From assembly GCA_905178155.1 (NCBI GenBank), contig CAJINV010000010.1:1440094-1504093 (forward strand): a stretch of 64,000 nt of DNA, given 5' to 3'. The position numbers and the translations under genes were made by a program. Source of the DNA: Amoebophrya sp. A120. Lineage: Eukaryota; Protista; Dinoflagellata. Shown in pieces: positions 35,941 to 47,508 of this stretch; position 1 is the stretch's first letter; every line of letters begins with the position of its first letter. The notes below the pieces were generated by a model that was given only the letters and a program-made list of their open reading frames with translations, ran no database searches and was not told the DNA's origin.

Positions 35941-37633
35941 CGAGGAAGTAGAATGGCAGCTGCTTCTTGGAGAGCCTCATAATTCTCAGTTTCACTTCCA
36001 TTCTCAGTGACAGCCCAGCCCTTTTGTCGTTTTATTAAGATAAGTTCAAGTTCTGCGCAGGAGACTTTCAGACACAAGAACATCGTGCTGCCAACAGCGC
36101 TTCCCACCTAGGGAGTCGATAATCGATTTTGCGCGAAATTAATAATCATGTTCCTGTTCTTCTTCACACTTCGGTTGAGAAGCTTCTCTGTTCGACGATG
36201 TGTTTTCTGTTGAATCAAAGGCGTGGCTCTTGCTATTGGAGCTCTTGTCGTTCCATGCAAAATTGATTTGTATGGGTATGGCTTCCAAAACTTATTGGAG
36301 GCAGACAAGGCCCGAACATGTTGACGAACTCAGGGTTTTGCGAGAGGCAAAAAATACCGAGAGAAATACACTCCATCAAAGAAATAGGGAATGTGAGCGA
36401 GAGGGGCGTGGACATTTTGTTGCTGTCATGGCAGAGGTATATAATGCACCGACTTGCAGCGTCCTCCGCGCCGATTGGCAAGCAACGCCGCCAGTGGTTC
36501 TGGGGCCGAGCGCAAGGTGATCGCTGTGCAGGCTGGCGCAGAGGAAGCCCGGGACGCGGCGGAGGCCTCGGAGAGCGGCTTTAACGAGGCGAAGGAAAGA
36601 AAAAGCGGGCGCTCTGGATGGTGGGGCGCGGGAAATCAAACAAGAAGGAGCGGCACTGCAGGGCGAACTCCAGGAGGTGAATGAGAGGAGAGCTTCAGGA
36701 GGTGAGCAGGATACTCGAGCCGATGTGGAGGCCCTGGCGCCCGCAGTTCGAGCACCCGACGCGTAGGCCGGTTGTTGCGGCTATTTATTAGCTTGCAAGC
36801 GCGCGCGCCCGCCGGCTCGCGCGGGGAGTTGCAGAAGCGTGCGCGGCCCTCGTTTGGGTTGCGCCTTTCCTTGTGTCGGCCGCGCGCCCCATGCGCCGAC
36901 TCGCCCCGGGCCGCGACATGCTGCCCGGCGGGGGCCCAAGCCGTGTGCCCTGTGTCCGCTTCACGCAGACACCACCCCGGGCGGCCCTTGTGTTCTGGCC
37001 CCGTGTTGGTTGTCTAGTGTGCCTCGCTTCCAGGTTGCAAGGTTGGCGGCCCTTCTAAGGCCGAGCGACGGCGGCATGGCGCCCACGCTCTCGGCAGCCC
37101 GTGCAAGCTGTGTTTGCGGGCCCGGCCGGCCAGCGCGGTGGCCGAGCATGGGCGCCTCGTATCTGTGTACCAACCCACGGCGCTGCGTTGTGTTGGCCTG
37201 CCTGAGGCCCTTCGCCTTCGAAGACAGCTGCTTTTGTTAAAGTTTGTCTGTAAAAAGTTTCATTCTTCTTGCGCATCGCCAACAAAGTCTGGCCAGCGAG
37301 TGCTCCTCGTATGTTCGTTGGCCTGTTTCCTTATCCCGCCCGTGGAGAGCGAAGAGAGGAGACCGAGTGAGGCCCCCCTTCAGCAATATTGGCGAAGATG
37401 CTCTCGTCCAAGTATGAGGGAGGGGCGCCCCCGAAGCAGAGCGATTCTCCTTTCTGTGCGCCCGGGCGATAGAGGCTGTGTGTCTGTGATGAGTGAGTCG
37501 TGACGAGCTTAGTTCTACTTGTTAGTGTGAGTGTTGATGGACGACTCGTCCAGTTTTTTGTTCCATGGATTGGCTTAGTTGGCTCACCTCCTGACACGAC
37601 CGGCTCACGCGGCCGGTAGTATGGTCTACTTTC

Positions 37634-40600
37634 GTGATGTCGGCTAGAGTCGGACCGAACAAGCCAGGTCGGAGGCCTCGCTTGCCTGGCGATGACAAAC
37701 CCGCTCCCGATCCCCTCCTGCGGAGAAAATTCCGCTTTGCAAAGACCGCATGGCTTTGCCACCTTCATCTCCTGCTATACAGCAGAAACTGCGCGGCCCA
37801 CGCACGGGTCCAGACGACCGACGAAACAGTCCGTCTTGTGCAAACGAGCCCAGAGAGGCGTGTGGAACAGTTGTCAGGACAACATCAGATGAGCGGAACT
37901 GCAACTACCCCGACTTCGCCTCGACGAGGAACAGAACAAGATAGTCCTCTACTTCTAGATGGTGCTGGCAAAGAAGAGCTCCTTCTTGATGATGAGGCAC
38001 CGGCGAAAAAAAACGCAGCAATCACGGGAGACCACGGGGGTCTACCGGCCAAACAAGACGCCCGCATTAGCACAGGCGTATATGGGAGTAGGACCGGTCG
38101 CTCTTCACCGACAATACCCGACGAAAGGAGAAGAATCATATTAACGGATGAAGAAGTTCAGCCAACCCTGACACAGCGGCACGAGCAGCAAGCGCAGGTG
38201 GTATCATCTTCGCGTGGACCTCCAGCTCCGACAAAAAACAGTCAGCAGACGGAAGAAGAACGTCAGCATTTGAAGATGAAAGTAGTGGAAATCACGGCAG
38301 CGGACGAGAACCTAGAGCAAGCGGAACATGATGAAACCATTAACAAATCTCTGGCAATTTCTGGAGGCACCGTTCCAGAGCATACTATCGCAGCAGCACC
38401 AGCAGCTGCTGAGGTTCCTCGTCGTGCAGCATTAGAGGCAGGAGAGCCGTCTACTTCTTCTTCACAAATTCTACTTGAGCAGGGCACTGCAGCAAATCTT
38501 CTACCCGATCACTCTGATAGGCCCGGAAACAAGAACTACGTGAACACCGATAAAAATAAGAAACTCCTGGAAGATGATGAGTCCGAAACACGGAAAGGCA
38601 CGGTGGGACAAGATATCAGTAACCCGGACGAAGAACCCGACCACGATCGTGTAGAAGACCAGGAATTTCTGGAGCGCGACGTTGGCCACGGAACGGGTGA
38701 ACATCCTCCGTTGGGACAAACACCGCGACGTAGCGACGGTGAGGAGCCGCGGCACCTGCCTCAGCACGAGGATTTGGAAGTAACGAGCCAAGCATCCACC
38801 TCGTCCACGAAAACGAGCAGGACTAACGAAAGTAGTGGCGGGACGAAGGCTGGTGCCAAGGCGGAGCATAAGAGGGCTATCGACGAAATATCAAACAAGG
38901 ACTCCTTCTTGCAAGACGAACAAAAAAATGAAACAACTTCTACAACTGAAGTAGATTCAGATTCAAAACTAACACGACCCGACCAGAAGAACCCGGCGGG
39001 GAAAGGTGTTGTACCTGCTCCCGGTCTTCCGCATTACGAGTCCTCGGCGTCACAAATGGCGACGGGACAGTATCAACAGTGAATTTCCCGTACAGAACGA
39101 CGTGAGGACGCCGTAGGGTATTACTTTAAGTAGTTCTTGTACGAAGTGTTTTATTGTTCGTATGGATGTTGACACAACTTGAACTTCCCATCTTCAGTAT
39201 CGAAAATCGCATTCAGCATGATTGTTTGCACCAAGAGGCATGCTTGAGCTTGGGGAATGAATTTGTGATGCTGATTGTGCGTCGTGCGGTGCGGTAAATT
39301 TGTTTTGCATACTAGAAAGGAAGAACAGCATGAAGGACCAAACGAGAACAGACCGGACAGCAAAGTCGAGCAAAAATCTACTTCAAAGACGAAAGAGGAA
39401 GCTACCTCCAAAGGCCGCAGTAGTCATAAGCGAGGTACTAGTTCTAGAACAAAGCAAAGAGGCGACGAAGAGACGCATGGAATCTGTGTGCCGAACCTGC
39501 CCATCGTGGAAACCCCGCCCGACATTGATAATCTTGTCCAGCCAACCAACTGCGCCGACATTCTCGGGGTGCCGTCGGCGATTATGCACTGTGGAAAGTA
39601 TCGTTCCTAGTATAAATCGCATTGCAAATTTTTTTGGAATTTGTAATGCGGATTTGACTTGAGAAAGATCTGTAACGCATGACTGCGATTAGTTGTACGA
39701 GTTGGATACTTTTGTAATTCATAGCAATCGGGATCAAGCGATTTTGCATGGGGAAGGACAAGGAGAATTACCCACAGGAAAAGAACCATCCTCATCCAAT
39801 TTGCCATGAAAAACATGACAAAGTAGCTGCACTGTCATGCAAAAAATGGATGGGAGTGGTTGTTTTTTATTTGTGGATAAGAACCACGAGAATTACTGTT
39901 ACGGTCGATCTCTCTACTCCAGCGATCGTGTGTATGGATGTGTCAGGATCGAAATCGACAAAATCGAAAAATTTGTGATGCATAAAATGTAGGGCACTTA
40001 AGGCCTGCATTGGGGAGCAGGCAAATGAGGCCGATTGTAAGCCTGTTTAGGGGTATGCAATGTGCTGCCAGAATAGCATGACAGGAGCAGTCTTCTTGGC
40101 GCAAACAGCATGACAGACTGGATTTGGGTGTTCCCGAAATTTGTCATGCGTCACTTGGAAACTGAGGCTCCAACTGACATCAATTTTGTGCATCACAAAT
40201 TTTTCGATTTTATGAATTTCGATTCTGACACTCCCATAGTGTGGAGCCTGTTTGCGACCAAGGCTTCACACAATTGGAGTGGGATATGGGAGTGTCAGGA
40301 TCGAAGTCGTCAAAGTCGAAATAATATGTAATGCAAAAAAGCGATACCAGCAGAAGCCCAGTTTGCAAGTGGCGCATGACAAATCTTGGCAGCATGGAAA
40401 TCCAATTTGTCATGCTGTTTGAGCAGAGAAGACTGCTTCTGTCATGCTAATATTTTAGCAGCTCTATATCACACCCCAAACAGGCTTAGAATCGGCCTCA
40501 GTTGCCTGCTCTGCAAGACAGGCACTTTGCGTCTAGCATTTTATGCATCACAAACTTTGACGATTTCAATCCTGGCGCTTCCATATGGGAGAAGGATGCG

Positions 40601-43600
40601 ACACTAGGTGTCTCAGACAACGGGTGCAAACAACCCGACCCGCCTATCGAGAGGAAAAATGCCCCCTCCCCATATCAAAACGAAGTTTCTGATGCTGGAT
40701 TTCCGTACACAAATCGGATTTGTCTTGCAGTAGAGCACTGCAGGCATCTGCCAAGGCAATTGTCTATACTGTAAGCCGAACAGCATCACAAACCGCCTGC
40801 ACAATGTGACAGACTCTCTGGGCTTGCGCTCTTGCAAGACAGACAGGATTTGTGGTGACAAATCTGCATGGCAAATTTTCAGACGGATTCGCTTTCAATA
40901 TGGGGAGGGGGGATTTTTTCTCGCAATACCGCCAGTCGGAACATGCAGGAAGGAAAACGGAGACCAAGCGACAGGAACGAACACTTTAAAGCAGTGCGTA
41001 GCTGAGGGAAACAAGTGGGATTACAAAGACTGCGACGATGTTGGAGGCGATAACAAGTTCAGCGGCAAACTCACGTACAAGGGTGTCGAGAAAAAATATC
41101 AAATGCAAATACTTGTCTCGGTCTGGAAAGATGCAAGGAACTTATTTCACGCATGATGCGCAGCAAAAGCTTCAACCATTGACCACACTTAGGAAGGTTT
41201 CCTCATGCTGAGTAGGCATGGCAAAGCTGCCCTCGCAGATCATCCTGTGCTGCTACGCACTGAATTTTTCCACCAGACCGCTCACTTCACACTCTAAGGC
41301 AATATACCGGCGTATGTCGACAAACTCAAGAAACTCTACACTGAGTTCCAGATGCGGCAGACATGTTTGCAACGCATAAATTCTGCGTAGATCTTGTTCT
41401 CAGTGACGAGGACCCTCTCTGCTCCGCAAACTACTGCCTGAAGATATGAAGTTCTCAACCGTTACACTCTCAATTGGTACATGAATGTGTAACGCAAGAA
41501 CAATGGCAAAATTGCAAGGCGGAAAATTTCGCCTTTATTTGCATAACAAGAAGCGTGGCGCAGATCATAATGTTATCTAGTGGTTGTAGTGCGTGGTCGG
41601 GAACTTGTCACGCAAAGCACCTTGATCATCTAGTTATGTTTATGTACTGCGATTCTGCGTGACGAATTCACGCAACAGCTGAGAGTGTAAGAAAGCTTGA
41701 GAATGCCATAGAAGAAGGAAACCGAGACGGACCAATCCCTCTGCGCTTCGCCCCTATCCTGCGCAAAAGTATCGTATTCGCATAAATGCAAGTCGTGCAT
41801 TACAAATCTTTGTCTTAAGGGAAATCTGCATTACAAATTTTCTCTCTCATGCTGAACAGATGATTTGTAATGCATTTATTATACGAGTACGATATTTTTG
41901 CAGTTCATTGCCCCCGTCGATCGGCAACTGTGGAGCCCTGGCCTTCCTCGACTGCGTTGCTGAGGTCACCTGTATGCTAGTATGCAGTACAAATTTATTT
42001 CCGTACACGCAGAAAACGCATATGACATCACTTGGCAAGAACATGCTGAATAGGATTGAAGCAAAGTTTTGTCATGCAGAAACCGCATTTATTGTGTGCG
42101 TGCGTGAATTTTTTTCGTGTGGATAGCGAGACGCGGAGGGCAACTGCGTCCCGCGTTTCCCGGACGCAGTCTGCAACGGGGAGACGTACGAAGAGTGCGA
42201 GGCCTATCCAGAAAAAAAACACCCATACCCATCCAATTTGCCATGCAAAACATGCATAAAATCCACCATTTGCCATGCAAAAAATGGATGGGGATGGATG
42301 TTTTTTCCGGGAGAAGGTTGTGGAAAATTGTCTCTGGATGGCCCACTGCGACACGGGAAATTCTGGGGAACTTTGCACGAAGCGGCCCCGGGACCAGGGG
42401 GTTCCGATGATGGACTGCCCCGAAGAGCCGGACAACACCGTCCCCATTCGCCACCAGGTGTTATCCTGTGCAAAAGCAGCTTACTGGTAGACGAGATTGC
42501 AGTCTGGCATGACAAATCTTCTTCCTAAGCTAGAACAGCATTACAAATTGCATTTTTCATGCTGAGCTAGAGCTTGAGCTATAGCTATTTGATTTGTCAT
42601 GCGAATTCTGCTATTACTGTGATGCTTTTCCGATGCATAATTCTGCTACTGCAGCAACGTCACCTGTACGCTGGAAGACGCGCAGAAGTGCTGCGACGGC
42701 GGTCCGATCGTCTACCCGCTGGAATTTCCCTGCAGAACGGGAGAATTTTTGAACAAGTTCGACGGGTTCTGCGAGTTCAAATACTTGCAAAAAAACGGGG
42801 TTGACCTGGTGGAACAGCCGTTAGACAAGAACGCAACAAATGGAACAAATTCGACCGACGCGGACGAGGCGGAAGAGGCTACAGTATCCTGTGCAAAAGT
42901 ATCGCACTCGTATTCGTATGAATGCATTACAAATCTTTTTTTCAAGGTAAGTCAGCATTACAAATTTTATTCCTTATGCAGAGGAAATTTGTACTGCATT
43001 CATACCTACGAGTGCGATACTTTCGCAATTCATATACAGATGCGGCGGGCGACGAGTTCTTCTTTTCGCTCATGCACGACAACCGGCAGACCACTTCTGA
43101 GCACGGCGCAGTTCTTGATGCACGACACCGTGGACCACGACACCGCTCGAAAAATAACACCACTTTCACGTCGTCTTCATGGGAGCTGTTGCGCAGAGGA
43201 AAGAAAGAACCAGATGAAGGAGCTTCATACAACTCGATAGCATCTTCTCAACACAGAGGACAGCACTCTGTTGATGACAGAAACGCCGAGCAGGAGCTCG
43301 GGCGCAATTACAAGTACAAGAAAAAAGGCACGTCGTCTGTTAAAAGCAAAAAGAACAACTTCTACTTCCCCGGACTGCTGGAAACGCGCCAAGCAGCAAA
43401 AATGATGAACCCGCTCGCGGACCCTGATGTCGACAACATTTCGCACGAGAAATATCCCTGCCGGATGCGGGTCGACGGAAAGGATGGCGTGTTCGTGTGC
43501 GTGGGCGAGCCGCCCCGGGTGGTGCCGGACTTCTGGCCGCAGGCGGCGTTGGAGGAACTGATCGAGCGGCTGATAATCGATTACCAGTATGCAATACAAA

Positions 43601-44604
43601 TTTCCCGTACATGTACAAGATGCATCGCAAATTTCACCAATTTGGAGTGCAAAACTTGTCATTCTACACTAGGATCGAAGCCAAGATTTGTCATGCAGAG
43701 ACTGCATTTGTACGCGTACGGAAAATTTACTGTGGATAACCAGGACCCGCTGTTAATGAACAAGGCGAGCATTTTGTACGGGATCGGGGTCTTGGTCGTC
43801 ATTATTGTTTATGCATCGCAAATATGTCTGGGTCTGGAAACTTGTGATGCTCGGTGGCGTATCATGAGGAGGCCACAAGTGCTGGCTCAGCTTGACAAGT
43901 TTTTGAGCTCGTAGGTGTTGCCTCTTCTTCGTAACAACCTGCTTTTCTGCATGACAGAAAAATGGGGCTCTTGGGTAACGTGCGTAACAGATTTAAGAGT
44001 CATGCCAGACAAGCATGACAGACGTGCATTCTTCCAGACCCAGACACATTTGCATTTGATGTTGTTTTGTACAAGACCAAACCGAAATCCCGCGCAGGCC
44101 CGGAGAGCGGCATGGGATATGAAACCCTCAGAATGGAAATGCTCAAAGTGGAAATGATTTGTGATGCATGAAATGCGACGCAAAAAAGACTGTATGGCAG
44201 AGGACGCAATGGAGGCCGACTATTGTCCTGCTAGGGGTGAAGAATTGTCGTGCTACTTAGCATGGCAGACGGGCACCCCTTTGCCTTAACTTGCATGACA
44301 GACATGCTTTACGCACCCGGGAAATTTGTCATGCGCCGACTACAAATGCCGCTTCAGCTGGAGTCTTTTTTTGCATTACAAATTATTTTCACTTTGAGGA
44401 TTTCCAACCTGAGGCTTTCATATGGGATCGGGTGCGCTGGCCGCCCAACTGGCAACCATGGAGGCGGAACGGGCGGCAGAGAAGGCCAGGAATGAAGAAC
44501 GAGAGAAGTATGGAAAGAAGTGGTATCTTGAGCTTCATCCAGAGTCAACAAGAGGCTATTTTTGTTCGATGAAATTTGTATGTGTCGCGAGCGAGGAGAA
44601 GTAG
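37634..44604 (+). CDS. Large Cys-rich type I membrane (surface) protein, 15 introners
   Basis: Low-complexity N-terminal exon, then spliced Cys-rich ectodomain (e.g. CYCSNVTCTLEDAQKCCD), TM segment ILYGIGVLVVIIVLY followed by KTKPKSR, and a short tail. Start and stop are uncertain. Confidence 0.6.
39583..39723. mobile_element. Introner family A
   Basis: DR GCGAT/GCAAT. Confidence 0.88.
39769..39879. mobile_element. Introner family D
   Basis: DR AGAAT/AGAAC. Confidence 0.85.
39933..40238. mobile_element. Introner family F
   Basis: DR GTGTG. Confidence 0.9.
40285..40585. mobile_element. Introner family F (opposite orientation to 39933)
   Basis: DR TGGGA. Confidence 0.9.
40645..40928. mobile_element. 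Introner family I
   Basis: TATCGAGAGGAAAAATGCCCCCTCCCCATAT...ATATGGGGAGGGGGATTTTTTCTCGCAATA; DR CCGCC. Confidence 0.9.
41097..41378. mobile_element. Introner family B (diverged)
   Basis: B-type TIR; DR degenerate. Confidence 0.75.
41445..41710. mobile_element. Introner family K
   Basis: TATGAAGTTCTCAA...TTGAGAATGCCATA; DR GAAGA. Confidence 0.82.
41755..41909. mobile_element. Introner family A
   Basis: DR GCCCC. Confidence 0.88.
41981..42125. mobile_element. Introner family G
   Basis: DR GCTAG/GCGAG. Confidence 0.82.
42205..42314. mobile_element. Introner family D
   Basis: DR AGGCC/AGGTT. Confidence 0.82.
42462..42639. mobile_element. Introner family A (diverged)
   Basis: A-type ends; DR degenerate; frame restored. 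Confidence 0.75.
42885..43034. mobile_element. Introner family A
   Basis: DR TACAG. Confidence 0.9.
43588..43738. mobile_element. Introner family G
   Basis: DR ACCAG. Confidence 0.9.
43810..44061. mobile_element. Introner family B
   Basis: DR TTGTT. Confidence 0.88.
44118..44422. mobile_element. Introner family L
   Basis: TATGAAACCCTCAGAATGGAAAT...ATTTCCAACCTGAGGCTTTCATA; DR TGGGA. Confidence 0.88.
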
Positions 44605-45566
44605 TGTCGTGTCTGGACAAGGTTCATTTAATATTCTTGTCGGCGTTCTTGTTAGCATCTCCTGTTGATGACTCTGGTAAAAGTTTCGTTCCCATAGCAA
44701 ACAGCGGGATCGCGAGGCTGCACGAGCGCCGGCGCCAGACAGTGGCGGTGGAATGCTGGGGTGGATGATATAGGATTTTGCTTATCACGGTTTCCTCGGT
44801 GTTTACGTTTGTCTTCATCGCGAGGAGGGCGACGAAGATAGAGCTACAATCCGCTCAAAGCATAACAAACTTACTACTTTCATCTCAAGTATATGATCAA
44901 GGCCAAGTGCCGCCCCGGCTCCGGCACAAGTTTAGTCATCGTAATTCATAATTGGGGGCCGAAGATTGTTTATACTTTATCACTTCGTCGAGTCGTGACA
45001 ACTACACTGATTAGAGGACATAAACGCAGAGAAATGTAAAAGCGTAAGCGCCAGCTGTAAATTGCATTTGGGATAATTGATATGATACACATTTTCACTC
45101 TGAAACCACGGTAGAGATTTCGGTGCGTAGGACAGGTGTAGAGAAAGCAGCGATTCGTGTTTTTTGTTAAAGCGCAAAAACCAACGTGAACAATCCTAGA
45201 GATTTTCACAACATCGCTGCGATTGGAGTCAAGGTATTTTTCAACAAAGTAGAAAAAGATAAAGGGACATGGCCAATGACAATGTCTTTACAGACCTCAA
45301 CATCTTCACCGCAAAATGCGGGAGTTTCCGATTAATGCTCTGGGGCTGGGTGGATCCGTAGGCAACAACATGAGAGTCGCGAGGATGTTTCTCCAAAACT
45401 GCAGGTTGCTCGCACAAGAGTCGTTTAAGCTCCGACAAAAAGAGAATCTAACTTCTGTGAGTCGGATCAGAGCAGGTACTCGTAGCTTCCACGTCCATTC
45501 ATATTTTTAGCCCGATATTATAGAGGCAGTGGCAAAACATCAACATATACTTAAGTACAAAAAACC

Positions 45567-47136
45567 ATGGGCGGCAGACATTCGAAAGACGATAAACCAG
45601 GCAATCCCAACCAGAAGAATAAACCCGTTTCCCGCACGACAGATCAAGACCGAACCCTCCTCCAGCTGAAACTCCAGCGCGATGACTTGAACAAGCAGAA
45701 GAAACGGTTCGCAAACTTAATCGAGGAGGAAGCGATAATTGTAAACACCTGCCTACGGGAGAAGAAGAAGCAGCTCGCATTGTTTCACTTGAAGAAGAAG
45801 ACGATACACGGCTACCAATGCAAAAATGTCTGAGTCTGGAAGAGTCGGGGCTTGTCATGCACATTTTGCATGCCCCGTGAGGTCTGTGATGCTGGTGCTA
45901 GCATCGCAGATTTTTTGAGAGCTTCTCGATGCTCATTACGCATGAGAAATGCCCTCTCCGCGTGCCGAGAACTGACTCCTCTTACTGCTCATGCAACACA
46001 GATATTTTTTGAATCCGCAGACAGCATTACAAGTTGCATTCTTCCAGACCCAGACACTTTTACATTTGATAGCGGCAAAATGTTGACGAATTGCGACAAC
46101 GCGTTATTTATGCAATGCAAAAGTATCGTACTCGTATAAATACATTAGAAGTTTCCCCAGCATGAGAAATAAAATTTGTCATGCGGTTTTCCCTTGAGAA
46201 AAAAATTTGTAATGCATGAATGCAATTACTACGAGTATGATACTTTTGCACAGGTGGATATTGTTGAAGCTCCTGGAACTGATCGACAACGTGGAACTGC
46301 TGCAAATGCAGCAGAGTGTGGTGCAAGCCATGCAGGTCGGGAATGACATGCTGAAGAAGATGCGGATATGCAATGCAAAAGCATCGTACTCGTATAAATG
46401 CATGACAAATTTCCTCAGCGTGAGAAATAAAATTTGTCATGCGATTTTACCTTAAGAAAAAAATTTGTAATGCATGACTGCACTACTTACTACGAGTGCG
46501 ATACTTTTGCGCAGGATAGCAGAAGGAAGTGTCGGTGGAAAAAGTGGAAGATCTGCTGGAAGATGCAGAAGAATTGCGGGAATGGGTATATTAGTTACTA
46601 GCGAGTTTGTGATGCACGATTTTTCTGCATGTTCTTGTGATACGTGAACGTGTGATGCATATCAGCACTACATCTCGTACTAGTTATCGTCACCTCTCAA
46701 GATGATGAAGTGGGAATCTAAAAATCAAAAACAGAACGCCGAGATCAACGCCGTGATGGCTCAGTACGGTGTATCAGAGGAAGACATCGACGCCGAGCTC
46801 GCTATGATAGAAGAGCAGGAAACGCTCCGCGTGTTAGAGCCACTGAAACCGGTGCCAGTTACGGAATTGAATGCAGTTTCGACTGCCAGTAGCAGTAAGG
46901 ACAGAACTACGCATGTTGAGAAAGAACATGATGAAGTGCAACGTGAGAGAATACCGATAGCCATACCTGCATTTTGTAAGCATTGTTTTCCTTGTGCTGG
47001 TAAGCAGACCAAGGCTACGTCAAACGAATTGGAGGAAAATCAGTGTTCTACGGAAGAGAGGATCAAACTTTACATACAGAATACCATCCGACTGAAACCT
47101 TTTTCTGAATCTGCCGTGATGTGGTTCCCCCCGTGA
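45567..47136 (+). CDS. VPS20: ESCRT-III subunit Vps20/CHMP6 (Snf7 family)
   Basis: MG N-terminus (myristoylation-type); TDQDRTLLQLKLQRDDL; spliced LLELIDNVELLQMQQSVVQAMQVGNDMLKKM-KEVSVEKVEDLLEDAEE; EEDIDAEL. Three introners plus GT-AG intron 46586-46734. C-terminal end uncertain. Confidence 0.85.
45813..46071. mobile_element. Introner family B in VPS20
   Basis: DR ACGGC/GCGGC. Confidence 0.88.
46109..46260. mobile_element. Introner family A in VPS20
   Basis: DR TTATT/TTGTT. Confidence 0.88.
46367..46518. mobile_element. Introner family A in VPS20
   Basis: DR GCGGA/GCAGA. Confidence 0.88.
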
Positions 47137-47508
47137 CTTGGAAAGATCTTTTTCATTTGTTTCCCACGTCGGTCTTTTTCAATGTGGCTATGCCTCTGGC
47201 GATCAGTTTACATGATTTTTCAAAACTTCCTTTCATTGCAGGCCACCGGATAAATTATCCTTCAGGCTCCTACATCTGCACCCCCCGCCGTTTTTCCCCC
47301 AACTCGCCCCCAGTTTTTGTGTTTGATGATCATTTGACCTGTAGTAAGGCACTTCTCGTTGGTTTTGGAAGAAAAGCACAAGCTGCAGCATCTATCGCAA
47401 CAATTCATCGAAATAACTACGAGGACGAGCCTTCCGCAACCTAGCAACACATCAGCAACAGTAAATTGTAACACCACCGGCGTGCTAAAGTTAAAGTAGA
47501 TCGTAAAG

